DNA of 64,000 nucleotides from a virus: positions 5,381 to 69,380 of the IMG/VR virus record IMGVR_UViG_3300025913_000032. The stretch is one strand, 5' to 3'. Positions 8,752-18,608 of the stretch are shown one piece after another. The position numbers and the translations under genes were made by a program. Under the pieces are notes generated by a model. That model had not been told where the DNA came from. It ran no database searches and saw only the letters and a list, made by a program, of their open reading frames with translations. Position 1 is the first letter of the stretch, and each line of letters opens with the position of its first letter.

Positions 8752-11739
8752 TTATTCAGGGTTCAGGAAACGTCTCAGTCCTACACTAGTTGCGCCGCCA
8801 GTAACTACGATATAAATCCTCAGTTCGATACCGGGAGAATTGATTATTACCTGTCCGTTGCCGCCGTTGGAGCCTGACGTTGAAACCAGTTGCGGCTCTG
8901 CGTCCTCCGAACTAATGGAGTAGATAATTATCACCACCTGTGCGCCTGCTTCGTCAACTCGATAACGCAGTTCGTAAGAACTCGGTAAATCAGTACGCAA
9001 GTCGTCAACCACCGGCGTCAGCGAGTTCTCTGTGAGGAGCTGAAACGGGAATAGTGAGTCGTCTTGGCTTGGCCCTTCGTAAGCGACGATTGACCCGCCC
9101 TCGTAAAAGTACGTATCGGCAATATCTCCATTGCTCACCATGCCGACGCCTGCCGGGTCCGACGGGTAGGAGACGCTGGCCGTTGCGGCGTAGTTCAGTG
9201 AAGGCGTTGTGCCGATGTTGAAGAAGTGATCCACTCCATTGAATACCGAGTACACAGCGTCAACATCGTTCGGCCCAACCTTGCCCCATGTCCATTCCAT
9301 GTGACCAACCAGCGTCTCGCCTGAAATGTCCAAGTCACCTGTCACCGCATCCTGCAACGTGTAGGTCTGTCGCACGGCGGAGAAAGCAGTGTGCTGCATG
9401 TAGTTGGTTTCACTCAGCGGGCGCTCGTCCACCGCGCCTGTCCCACCTGTCGTGTCCCAGTTGTTTTCATTGACTGAAGCAGGGAGTTTGGCCGTCAACA
9501 GTATATTGCCGGGGTCTTGCAAATCGTCGCCGTCGTCAATGTAGAGCTGATCGAACCAGCAGAGATGGTCCGTGCCGGGAACTCGGACCCAGCCGAAGTC
9601 GAGATGTAGAGGCCAGTTGATGGAGAGGGCGGCAATGCTGGCGATTATCGACAGTTCAGGGATGCCGTTGACGTAGAGGTTGATGCCGAGTTCGTCGTCG
9701 TTAAGCGGAGCGTAACAAAGGGCGATGCGGTTCTGAGTGTTAATAGCCAGCCGGGTGATGCCATCATAGGCGTTGTCCTCGATGTCAAGTAGCCGTAGCA
9801 CTGCGCCATCACCTTGGGGTCTGAGCGCCACTCGGAAGCCGAGATTATCTGACAACTTCCGCCCTTGCATGATGACCGTGGCTGCGTGGTACGTCACTTC
9901 GACCTTCACGTAATCCCATGACTGCGTGTGTGCGGTGTCAGTGTCGCCGCGCCGCGCTTCAGCGATGACTTCAAACCGACCATCAACGAGGTACTGGCGC
10001 TCCCACGCGCGATCAGCGGTGACATCAACCTCAACCACCGTATCCGTCAACGGCATGTCGGTGTTGTCGTGGTCCGGGCCTTCCTCACCATCGACTCGCC
10101 ATTTGACCCGGCTGATACCGATGCTCGTGTCAACGTCGTAGTGGCGTTCATAGATGATCCTTACCGAGTCGATGATGGCATCAAGCGGGAGAGTTACCGG
10201 GGACAAAGGAAGAGTCACCGTACCCTGCCCGGCGTTCTTGGCTGGCGTTGCGGTTGCGTAGTCCCCGCCATCGCTCTGCGTGTTTACAGAATCAGTAAAC
10301 CCACCGCCGGAGTAAGCGGTAGGGGCGCTGCCCGCAAAAAACTCAGCCTCAGTCTGTACATCATCGGGTACTGAGTCATAACGGAAGTAAGCACTAATCC
10401 GCCGTGACGAGCCAATCTCTCCGCCTAGTACATCCGGCACACTGAGCGCACTCAACTCTCCATCCTCAGAGTCAAACCTGTACGACCCGACCCCCACGGC
10501 CTTCTGCGCTGTGTCAAAGGTGATTGCACCGCTGGAACCGGCAATCGGCGTGTTGAAGTATCCCGGCGCTTGTACTGCATCACCACCAGGGTCAAGGAAG
10601 GCAAGGCGGAAGGGGAGGACATGGGGGCGGGTGGTGGTGATAGTCAGCGACGTAGTAGAGATGACAACGACCGTCGGCAGTGACGGAGCGAAGGACGCAA
10701 TCGTCAACGTCACAGCAGCAGGGGTCAGGCTGAGCGAGAGCGTTGGTGCGAGTCCGGTGATGCCCAATGCCACTGCCGTTGGCGTCAGCGCCAGTCGCAA
10801 CTGCGGCGTGAACCGCGTGGTTGTCAGTGTGGTGGCAGGTGGTGTGACAAGCAACCTGAGCGACGGAGCAAAGCGACTGGTGCCTAGCGCCGCCACCGCT
10901 GGGGTAATCGCCAGCCGCAACTGTGCGGCGAACTTCGTCGTCGTCACGCTGAGAGTCGCGGGGGTTAGGGCCAGCTTCAGTGTCGGCGCGAATCGACTGC
11001 TCGTAAGCGTCGCTGTTGTCGGTGTCACCTGCACCGAGACGCCTTGGACCACCCACAGCGCCGAGCCTGTCTCTGCCGCGCTGATGGTGCCCGTCAGTCG
11101 CAGGGTGACGCCCGCTGCGCCAGTGGCGACTAACCTGTAGCCGAGGTCTGCGGCACCATCGTCACCCGTCGTCGTCGAGTGATGAGTAGCAGGAGACTCA
11201 ACGTAGTTCCCGTTCCATGTAACCAACCCGCCAGAGTCGTCAATCCCGCTTGTCGGTCGCGTCATCGTGGCGGTGTCGTCACGAATGCCGATCAGTCCCA
11301 TCACCACACTGCTGGACGGCACCGTCACCGTGGCGCTTGCAGCAACCGACTGCGAACTCGTCGTCCAGTTCGTCATCGCTGCCGTACGCACCGCAGGCGT
11401 CTGCCACACGTCATCGGCACCTTTAGCCATGACCATGATGACGACGCTGGCGGTGGTTGGAGAAGTAGAGAAGTCGAGGGTTGGGTCAGCGTCACCAGCC
11501 TGCCAGTCACGCCACCAGCAGCCGACCTTTACTGAGCCAGTGCCGTTGCCGGACGCTACAGCACCATCGGCAAACTCCGTCAGCTCGGTCCAGTTGGCCA
11601 CCGTTGCGGTAATGGAGAAGTCTTTCCACCGCGCAAACAGAAACATCCGGTCGCCCGCCTGCGGAGTGGCAGGGATGGCAACCGTCCCGTCGGCTATTAG
11701 CTCAGCCCATGACCCGGTGACGCGGAGTGAAATGGCCAT
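8752..11739 (-). CDS. Putative tail fibre / receptor-binding protein with Thr-rich repeats and a lectin-like region
   Basis: Same TPxxxxLTxxRFAP repeats; LYVNG...WFDQLYIDD lectin-like segment. Confidence 0.6.
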   Translation of the reverse strand: MAISLRVTGSWAELIADGTVAIPATPQAGDRMFLFARWKDFSITATVANWTELTEFADGAVASGNGTGSVKVGCWWRDWQAGDADPTLDFSTSPTTASVVIMVMAKGADDVWQTPAVRTAAMTNWTTSSQSVAASATVTVPSSSVVMGLIGIRDDTATMTRPTSGIDDSGGLVTWNGNYVESPATHHSTTTGDDGAADLGYRLVATGAAGVTLRLTGTISAAETGSALWVVQGVSVQVTPTTATLTSSRFAPTLKLALTPATLSVTTTKFAAQLRLAITPAVAALGTSRFAPSLRLLVTPPATTLTTTRFTPQLRLALTPTAVALGITGLAPTLSLSLTPAAVTLTIASFAPSLPTVVVISTTSLTITTTRPHVLPFRLAFLDPGGDAVQAPGYFNTPIAGSSGAITFDTAQKAVGVGSYRFDSEDGELSALSVPDVLGGEIGSSRRISAYFRYDSVPDDVQTEAEFFAGSAPTAYSGGGFTDSVNTQSDGGDYATATPAKNAGQGTVTLPLSPVTLPLDAIIDSVRIIYERHYDVDTSIGISRVKWRVDGEEGPDHDNTDMPLTDTVVEVDVTADRAWERQYLVDGRFEVIAEARRGDTDTAHTQSWDYVKVEVTYHAATVIMQGRKLSDNLGFRVALRPQGDGAVLRLLDIEDNAYDGITRLAINTQNRIALCYAPLNDDELGINLYVNGIPELSIIASIAALSINWPLHLDFGWVRVPGTDHLCWFDQLYIDDGDDLQDPGNILLTAKLPASVNENNWDTTGGTGAVDERPLSETNYMQHTAFSAVRQTYTLQDAVTGDLDISGETLVGHMEWTWGKVGPNDVDAVYSVFNGVDHFFNIGTTPSLNYAATASVSYPSDPAGVGMVSNGDIADTYFYEGGSIVAYEGPSQDDSLFPFQLLTENSLTPVVDDLRTDLPSSYELRYRVDEAGAQVVIIIYSISSEDAEPQLVSTSGSNGGNGQVIINSPGIELRIYIVVTGGATSVGLRRFLNPE

Positions 11740-11806
11740 TGGTTAGTGTGCGTGGTAAGATATACGACGCTGCTACGAGGCGGATAAGCACCTCAAAGCA
11801 ATAAGG

Positions 11807-11835
11807 GGCTGACGGCGCGGGGCTGTCGGCCTTTT
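11807..11835. terminator. Intrinsic terminator-like hairpin
   Basis: GGCTGACGGC-GCGGG-GCTGTCGGCC followed by TTTT in an intergenic gap. Confidence 0.5.
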
Positions 11836-11848
11836 GGGTTTACGTCTT

Positions 11849-12391
11849 TTAAGCTAACGTGAACAGACCGGAAACATGAATTGCTACCGTTAGCTGGTTT
11901 CCATCCGTCACGGTAACATCCGCCGGAGTAGCGTCCAGCAGGCAATAGCACAGCACTCGCCCACCCACTTCGTAGATCACCGCGAACCTCGCAACAATCG
12001 AACCACCACTCGCAGTCCACGTTGCATCGGTCGAATCAACTGTTACGGTTGTCGTACCCGACAGCGAGATCGTGATCGACGTGCCGCCGGTGGTGTAGCC
12101 GTTTGCGTTGGCGTGCTCGTTGGTGACGCCAGCATACGTAGTCGACGCCGCACCGATGTTCGACGTGCTGAGAAACAGCGCCATCTTGAACGTGTCGCTG
12201 TCCAGATCGAATGTGCCGTTGATTAAGTCGGTGCGTGCCGAGTTTGGGAAGGTCCAGCTTCCAGCCGCTGATCCGGCCAGCAACGGGAACCCGTACTCGC
12301 GCTCGAATTCCGCCGCGCGTTGAATCATGCGCGCCTCGTGCAGCGCAATCTGGATGCTCTCAGCGAGAGGCCGTTGAATTATTGTGTTCAT
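11849..12391 (-). CDS. Virion structural protein (fibre-module beta protein)
   Basis: DLDSDTFKMAL...NGYTTGG...WTASGGSIVARFAVIY pattern typical of phage tail modules; AGGAG RBS. Confidence 0.65.
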   Translation of the reverse strand: MNTIIQRPLAESIQIALHEARMIQRAAEFEREYGFPLLAGSAAGSWTFPNSARTDLINGTFDLDSDTFKMALFLSTSNIGAASTTYAGVTNEHANANGYTTGGTSITISLSGTTTVTVDSTDATWTASGGSIVARFAVIYEVGGRVLCYCLLDATPADVTVTDGNQLTVAIHVSGLFTLA

Positions 12392-12436
12392 TACTGTCTC
12401 CTGAAAGGGTTGATAGGAAGCGCGGTTTCAGGCCAC

Positions 12437-12487
12437 GCGGGAATTGCAACTTTAGCACAAAACCGAGTTTAACCAGCGAGGAATGTT
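12437..12487 (-). promoter_or_regulatory. Internal late-promoter candidate
   Basis: AACATTCCTC-N20-TGCTAAAGT then TGCAATTCCCGC; motifs shared with 3550-3587 and 29943-29974. Confidence 0.5.
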
Positions 12488-12587
12488 GTAGCGGGCAACT
12501 GACTGCCGCCGAATGCTTATTTCGCCAAGAAGGTCAGCGAGGGCGAGAGTCGTGGGTGTTGCCCGTGGGGTGGAGTGTGACACTGCT

Positions 12588-13988
12588 TTAGAACTTCTCC
12601 ACGCGGAAGGTTGAGTTGACCAGCACTGAGCTGGTGCCATTCGCTGCGTTCTGCGCAAACTGCACTGTCAGCGTCCCGGCAGCGTTAACAACAATCGTTC
12701 CCTTGATGCGGCAGTAACCAGCGGTCGGACCAGCTGCGCCATCGCTTCCTGCCAGTGCGGTCTGACGGCTGTTGACCGTGTACGTATCAGCCGCGTTGTC
12801 GAGAAACTGGATCTGGTAGATGATTGACGTGGCGGTTGCAGTACCGCCGATCGCAAACTTGAACCCACCCGTTGCGTCTGCGTCGATGAAAAGATCAGCT
12901 TCAAAACTGTATGTGACGCCTGCCCGAACCTCTTCAGTTAGTCCGGTGATATTCGCCAGCGTCGTGTTGGTTTTATCGAATTGCGCTGTTACGACCTTAC
13001 GCCCAGCGTCTTTAAAAAACAGGTAAGTCGGCGCTCCGTCGTTCAGCGTTTTTACTTCCAAGGAGCCATCTGTGCGAATGATCTTTGGACTACTCGCGTT
13101 TGTGGCGCCATCGTTGAATATTACGCCGGTACGGACATGAAGTTGGATGTAGTTCTTCGCGTCGTTGCCGAGCGTGATTTGATTCGTGGTAGAAGGAATG
13201 AACTCGGTTGGATTAAGCTGCATCCGCTCAGTGAATGAGGATGTTCCAGTGTGGAAGAAAATGCTGTTACCCTGCAAGTGTAGCGTTTGGGCAGCACCGC
13301 CACCAGAACCTTGAAACGTGCCGACAACCATATTACCGCTGCCGCCGTCACCCAGTCGCAGGCCGTCATGATTGGTTGATGAGGTCCATGTCCTGAACAC
13401 ACGGAATTGTTGGATCGTTGTACTGTTGCGCTGCTCGACTACATCTGCGCTAAGCCGTTTAAGCGGCGAGCCGCCAAACGTCGAGGCGTCAACACGATAC
13501 TGAATATCACCGTCAGAGCCACCCGGCGATCCCCCGCCGCTCGGCGTATTACCAAGCTGACTCTGCATCTGCATGTTCGTGCCGTCATACACCAAATCAA
13601 CCCACTGCCCCGCACGGATGTCGTTGTCAGCAAGGTCGGTGGTGATTCCACCTGCGGCCTTTTTGATGGTTTTCGCACCGAGGGAATTGAAGTTGACCGT
13701 GCAGGCTCCAGTGTTCGCGGTGTTCGCCTTGAAGCGGTAATGTTCGCCGGTGACGTAGGCGGCTGGCGCAGGGGTAAGGGTGACGACGTAGGTGTCGTTG
13801 GACCCGGCATCAGCACCAAACCTTGTGGCAAACAACTCACGCAGGAAGTCCAGCCACTCCCAGCGCTTTGTCGTGCCGGTCGCCGCGTCGGTAGTGTCGG
13901 ACTTATCGACGACAACCAACTCGTCAGCAGCAGCGGGCGCAGTCGCACCCATCTCCGTGAATCCACTAATTGGACCATTGTCAGGCAT
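12588..13988 (-). CDS. Tail fibre protein
   Basis: RFKANTANTGACTVNFNSLGAKTIKK...AGQWVDLVYDGTN fibre domain; follows tail tip gene. Confidence 0.7.
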   Translation of the reverse strand: MPDNGPISGFTEMGATAPAAADELVVVDKSDTTDAATGTTKRWEWLDFLRELFATRFGADAGSNDTYVVTLTPAPAAYVTGEHYRFKANTANTGACTVNFNSLGAKTIKKAAGGITTDLADNDIRAGQWVDLVYDGTNMQMQSQLGNTPSGGGSPGGSDGDIQYRVDASTFGGSPLKRLSADVVEQRNSTTIQQFRVFRTWTSSTNHDGLRLGDGGSGNMVVGTFQGSGGGAAQTLHLQGNSIFFHTGTSSFTERMQLNPTEFIPSTTNQITLGNDAKNYIQLHVRTGVIFNDGATNASSPKIIRTDGSLEVKTLNDGAPTYLFFKDAGRKVVTAQFDKTNTTLANITGLTEEVRAGVTYSFEADLFIDADATGGFKFAIGGTATATSIIYQIQFLDNAADTYTVNSRQTALAGSDGAAGPTAGYCRIKGTIVVNAAGTLTVQFAQNAANGTSSVLVNSTFRVEKF

Positions 13989-16900
13989 GTTCTCTCTCCA
14001 TTATTCCGCCGCCTTCACGCAGCGTGAACCCGCCACCTTCGCGCATGATGCCGCTGAGTGTGCCAAAGCCGATGATGATAGTAGCTTCCGGCTTCGTTGT
14101 ATTGCACGCCCCACCCACAAAGCACACCTCCAGCCGCACGGTGTAGGGGCCTTCGGTGGAGGCAATGAACTCAAAAGTTGCTTGCAGGTTGGTGTCAGGG
14201 CGCTTGGTGTCGATTTGTGTAAACTCTGTCTCGCCGGGGCGCTTCAGCAGCACCTTTGCTTCCTGTGTGTAGATGGACGCGCCGAAAATCATTCCGCCTC
14301 GAATGCTGGTGACACCCTCGCTGGCCGTGGTTTGTATCAGCCCATCGGGTGGAAAGTCGGTGGTATTGAAGCTGACGGCTGGTGGGCCGGTGAACCTGAA
14401 CGCCGCGTCACCCGCGAGGGTCGTCGGCAGTGGCAAGTTGCGTGCTGGAGCGGCATCAGAGTACGCGCTAGTTGCATAGCGTCGCGCGGTGATGCGAATC
14501 GTGAAGCGGTCAAGGTCGATAACCACATCCTCCACTCGTAGTGCCACGTTGCGAAACCCGCCCGACGCATGAGTGTTGGCGATTAAGTCACCTTCCTCCA
14601 GCAGCAGCGCGCGTCTATCGGCAGTGTGCTGTGTGAAGAAGTCGAGGTCACGTAGCTCAGCCAGCTTGCTTGCTTGCAGTCGCTTGGCTTGGTTGAAACT
14701 GTCCACTGCTGTCAGCGTCAACTCCTCCGGCAGCTTCTTCTTCGTCTGCGCGATGTGTGTTGCGTCACGTGTGCGGAGGGGTTGCGCCTTGAAGTCCTGC
14801 GGCGAGTCGGTGAAGGTTGAGTCAATGCGGTTGACGGAGGATTGGCGACTGCCCAGTGGCCAGCTAAACGAGTGTTGCAGGATGTTGGCAGCGGCAAGAT
14901 CGTTGTGGTCTGCGCCGGTGTCGCCAAATGCCATTTGAATACGCAGGACTTCCTCGACGAGGGCATGTGACTCAGCCAGTGGGCGATCCAGTTCCAGCCA
15001 GCCGATTTTCGACTCGATTGCAATCACCGTCGGCGTGTCCTTGTCCCAGGTAAACTTTAGGTACGACTGGAAGGTGAGGTCGGCTTTGAGGTGTTGGGTA
15101 AGTTGAGCGGCGGCCGTGCTAGTGGTGTCGGTGGTGAAGGGTTCGTAGGTGACAGCATGACCATCGATGGTGACGGTGAGATTGCCGAGGCCGGTAACTG
15201 TGACTGAGCCAACCGCCGGGTTATCGTCATCGCCGCCTGTCAGCGTCGCACCTGACGCGGTGAGATTGCCTGTCACAGCCAGGGTGATGTCGTTGGCGAT
15301 GGCGGTGTAGCGAGTGCCGATGACGGTGCGTAGTTCCGACGTTAGCAAGTCCACACCCACCAGCACCTGTCCACTCAGGTCCGCCACCCACGGCAAAATG
15401 TTGTTGACGGCGACTTCGGTGTCATTGGCGGCGGCTATCGACCGCACCACCGTGTTATCCCCCGGCCTGCGCGCCTTGATGCCGATCTTCCCCTTGGCGT
15501 TGAAGGTGAGATAGCCGCGAAAGGTGCTGAGCAGCACCTTGTTCAGAAAGTCCACCGCCTTCATCTTGTCGGTGAGATAGATGTCGCTGACGAAGCGCTT
15601 GCGCACCAGCCGTTTGATGGCGATGGTGGGCACAGCGGCAGTGGGGTCGAAGAAGTGGACGAGGCCATCGGCCTCCAGCGGCAGCGTCAGTTCCGGCAGC
15701 GGGTCTTGCCCTTCGTCGAGAAAGTAATGCTTCCAGTACTCGGGGGTGAAGAGGCCGGTTGAATGGTAGCGGCGGAAGTGGACGCCGTAATGCGGCTCGT
15801 CGCTTTCCGGCAGTAGAATGAGTTCACCGTTTGTCAGGTCCAGCACCGGGCCATCGCAGTAGCAGGCGGTGCGAATGCACTGCGCGTCGTCAATAAACGC
15901 CGGGTCGATGTTGAAGGTGCGAGGGTGAGTCAGCAGCCAGCGGGTTTGGAATGCCGGGTTGTCGCTGCAGTCCTCCAGTACAAAGTCACCTGCGCCATCC
16001 GGCAGCGGGATAATCATACCGAGCAGCACGGCGACAATCTCTGCTGCGGGATCGTCCTGCGACACATCGGTGCCGTAAATCGCGGTGCTCATCATCGCCG
16101 ACATCGAGTAGTAGCCATTGGCCGGGATGCCGCCGGTGAGGTTGTTGAGGAATGGTTCTTGCCCATTGGTGCCGCCAGGATAGCCGTAGCGGAACTGGTC
16201 TACGTCAGGGTTGCTGTCGGCCTCGGACGCGAACCTGAACCCTTGCGTGATGACGCGCGGGTTGAAGATTGTCTTAATCGGCCCTTCGCTGATGTTGTAG
16301 ATGGCGTTGATCTGTCCGCCCACATCAATCCACGCGACTGGGAGAAACTGCACCTGCGCGCGACCTAGCACCACTGGCACGAACTTCTCAATTTCCACGC
16401 CTTGATGGTTGGTGAATTGCAGGGTGTTAGTCACCGTCTTCTTGAAGCCGAGCAGTCCAAGGAACCCGCCCCGGCGCACACGCTCGTTGAAGCTGACGAT
16501 GCCGGTCTTTGGGCTGAATAGAAACCCCTCGAACAGCGGGTCGTCAATCTCTCGGCCCTCTTCATCCTCCGGGTCAAACTGCCGCCACGGGACTTCCTCA
16601 TCCACGGTGCCGATGAGTTGCTTGGCGGAGATGGTTATCTGGTTGCCTTCAGCGTCGTATGGCTTCTCGCACTTCCCAGTGAACAGGACAAAGGAGTCGG
16701 CGAGGGTGGTGACGGTGATAGCACGCGACACCAGCCGGATGACGATGTACATACCTTCGATTGGGTTGTTGAGCAGAAACGCCGCGACGGGGCGCACTTT
16801 GCTGGCAGGTGGATCCTCAAAGTTGTCGAGGGTGAAGGAGACGGAGTTGAACTTCTCACCGATGGTGCGGTTGATGGTGGGCATGCGTCCGGTGAGCCAG

Positions 16901-17088
16901 CGTGCGTAAGTGTTGCCGAGAAAGGTGGTGGAGGTGTTGGAGATGCGCAAGGCAGCGTCGTCAGGGTCAAAGCCGTCGATGCCGGGTAACGTGTCAGGAT
17001 CGTACAGCTCAACCAGCACGTTGAGTCGTTGGGTGACGTCGTCAAGCGCGGCGTAAAGGGCAGTGCTGATGTCTGGTGGTCGTTGCAC
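13981..17088 (-). CDS. Tail tip / central hub protein
   Basis: 1035 aa downstream of TMP and Dit; SDNPAFQTRWLLT, VNRIDSTFTD, LEEGDLIANTH motifs. Confidence 0.7.
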   Translation of the reverse strand: MQRPPDISTALYAALDDVTQRLNVLVELYDPDTLPGIDGFDPDDAALRISNTSTTFLGNTYARWLTGRMPTINRTIGEKFNSVSFTLDNFEDPPASKVRPVAAFLLNNPIEGMYIVIRLVSRAITVTTLADSFVLFTGKCEKPYDAEGNQITISAKQLIGTVDEEVPWRQFDPEDEEGREIDDPLFEGFLFSPKTGIVSFNERVRRGGFLGLLGFKKTVTNTLQFTNHQGVEIEKFVPVVLGRAQVQFLPVAWIDVGGQINAIYNISEGPIKTIFNPRVITQGFRFASEADSNPDVDQFRYGYPGGTNGQEPFLNNLTGGIPANGYYSMSAMMSTAIYGTDVSQDDPAAEIVAVLLGMIIPLPDGAGDFVLEDCSDNPAFQTRWLLTHPRTFNIDPAFIDDAQCIRTACYCDGPVLDLTNGELILLPESDEPHYGVHFRRYHSTGLFTPEYWKHYFLDEGQDPLPELTLPLEADGLVHFFDPTAAVPTIAIKRLVRKRFVSDIYLTDKMKAVDFLNKVLLSTFRGYLTFNAKGKIGIKARRPGDNTVVRSIAAANDTEVAVNNILPWVADLSGQVLVGVDLLTSELRTVIGTRYTAIANDITLAVTGNLTASGATLTGGDDDNPAVGSVTVTGLGNLTVTIDGHAVTYEPFTTDTTSTAAAQLTQHLKADLTFQSYLKFTWDKDTPTVIAIESKIGWLELDRPLAESHALVEEVLRIQMAFGDTGADHNDLAAANILQHSFSWPLGSRQSSVNRIDSTFTDSPQDFKAQPLRTRDATHIAQTKKKLPEELTLTAVDSFNQAKRLQASKLAELRDLDFFTQHTADRRALLLEEGDLIANTHASGGFRNVALRVEDVVIDLDRFTIRITARRYATSAYSDAAPARNLPLPTTLAGDAAFRFTGPPAVSFNTTDFPPDGLIQTTASEGVTSIRGGMIFGASIYTQEAKVLLKRPGETEFTQIDTKRPDTNLQATFEFIASTEGPYTVRLEVCFVGGACNTTKPEATIIIGFGTLSGIMREGGGFTLREGGGIMEREHA

Positions 17089-17089
17089 G

Positions 17090-18196
17090 TCAGTTCACAT
17101 CCTCGTTAATCGACCCGCAATAATCACGCGATGCTCCCGACGCCAGACACTGGTCCGACTCCGCCGTCTTCACGTACACCTGCAAGCCGACCTGCGTGAC
17201 GCGTACGCCGGTAGCGAGGCAATGCACTCCCCACTCTGCCGCGTTAATTGCCGCGTCGGTCCATGCCTCACCCGTTGCCGGATTCACCGCCCACGCGTAC
17301 AGGAAGTGGCCACGAAAGATGCTGAGGGTGGAGAAGGTGGTGGTGCTCTCATAGTTCACGCCGTCAATGCGACAGACAAGCTTGCAGGTTGGAGCGCCGA
17401 CCGTGTGACGCGCGGCCACTGACAACATCACACCCAGTGGAGTACCAGACAGCGAGCGATTCTCAAACTGGTACGTGTCGGTCTGGTCGCCGTTGGATTC
17501 AACGTAGGTGGTGTTTGAGTCGTGCGGCTTCTCGTTGACGAGGGTGTAGTTGGCAACCAGCGCGCTGGGGGTTAGCTGCGTAATTTCACCTTCACCATTC
17601 GGCATCAATGTCTCAACTTCCCCGGTGCCAAGGTAGGTGCCGGAACGGTCCACCACGCAATCGTCAAAGTACGAATCCAGTACCTCGTTGCCGAGTATCC
17701 AGTGGTCCACCTGCCCCGTGCTGCTGGTCTGCGTGTCTTGTCCCGACGGCAGGCAGATGATTTGCGCGCCATTGCGGTTGACAGCCACTGAACCACTGCC
17801 GTTGCTAATCCTCGCCCGCACCTCCAGTTCATACCATGTGTCGACGTTGAACAGTCCAGTGGCGCTGGTGGCCAGTACGGTACTCTGACGCACTACCTGA
17901 ATCGCGCCGGTGGAGCGGTAGACGAAGCGGATTTGCTCAGTGGCCCCGTCGTAGAGATGGAGGAAGGGCTGGTTGTCGGACGACACACGGAAGCGCCAGC
18001 GACACTTGACGGTGACAAGCGCAGTCACAGGAAACGAGGTGTTGAGAATCCCCCAGATGGCGAGTTCATAGACCTTGCCATGTGCGCCTGCAACGCCTGA
18101 CACTGGAGCCTCTGAGTTCGTCAACGGAACGCTGAGCCATGTGTGCTCAGCAAGGTTCTCCAGCTCGCCGCCTGCGATAAATGCAATGTTAGCCAC
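17090..18196 (-). CDS. Minor tail protein with LamG-like domain
   Basis: GTG start overlapping upstream TAG; WYELEVRARI..YFDDCVV; NPATGEAWTDAAIN. Confidence 0.6.
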   Translation of the reverse strand: MANIAFIAGGELENLAEHTWLSVPLTNSEAPVSGVAGAHGKVYELAIWGILNTSFPVTALVTVKCRWRFRVSSDNQPFLHLYDGATEQIRFVYRSTGAIQVVRQSTVLATSATGLFNVDTWYELEVRARISNGSGSVAVNRNGAQIICLPSGQDTQTSSTGQVDHWILGNEVLDSYFDDCVVDRSGTYLGTGEVETLMPNGEGEITQLTPSALVANYTLVNEKPHDSNTTYVESNGDQTDTYQFENRSLSGTPLGVMLSVAARHTVGAPTCKLVCRIDGVNYESTTTFSTLSIFRGHFLYAWAVNPATGEAWTDAAINAAEWGVHCLATGVRVTQVGLQVYVKTAESDQCLASGASRDYCGSINEDVN

Positions 18197-18606
18197 TACA
18201 CCGGCCTCCAGATGAGCCGCACAACACGCTTGTTGATGGTCTGATAGAGTCGGTGGTCCTCTTCCCAATCGAGATAGCGCACGCCGGTGAACACCTGCCC
18301 GGTGCGTGGGTTGGTTAGCGTGAACGGGAAGGCTGCGCCAAACGCATCAGCCCGGTGATTGTCCAGTATCGCAGCCTCCTCCTCCAACAACCCGTCGTAC
18401 TCGAACAGGAAGATGATGGGTGCAGTGTCGTTGCTCAACACATAGCTCACTCCAGCATCCTCATAGACATGCTCGTCGGTGACGTCGGCGCAGGACGGCT
18501 GGTACTGGTGGAATTTCAGGTACTGTGGCCCACCCATCTCAGCGCCGCCGCTGGTGATGACGGTCACTGAAGGGATGGGGTACTCACCCGGACTACCGAA
18601 TGCCAT
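18196..18606 (-). CDS. Distal tail-like protein
   Basis: Immediately after tape measure; FPFTLTNPRTG motif; size. Confidence 0.55.
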   Translation of the reverse strand: MAFGSPGEYPIPSVTVITSGGAEMGGPQYLKFHQYQPSCADVTDEHVYEDAGVSYVLSNDTAPIIFLFEYDGLLEEEAAILDNHRADAFGAAFPFTLTNPRTGQVFTGVRYLDWEEDHRLYQTINKRVVRLIWRPV

Positions 18607-18608
18607 CT

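Noticed and set aside
4799-11746. Long Val/Ala-rich plus-strand ORFs (4799-5437, 5594-6250, 10511-11140, 11267-11746)
   Set aside because: Antisense shadows of Thr-rich minus-strand genes, with no RBS or recognisable motifs
4630-13988. Diversity-generating retroelement or invertible fibre cassette
   Set aside because: No reverse transcriptase, invertase or near-identical template/variable repeat pair seen by eye
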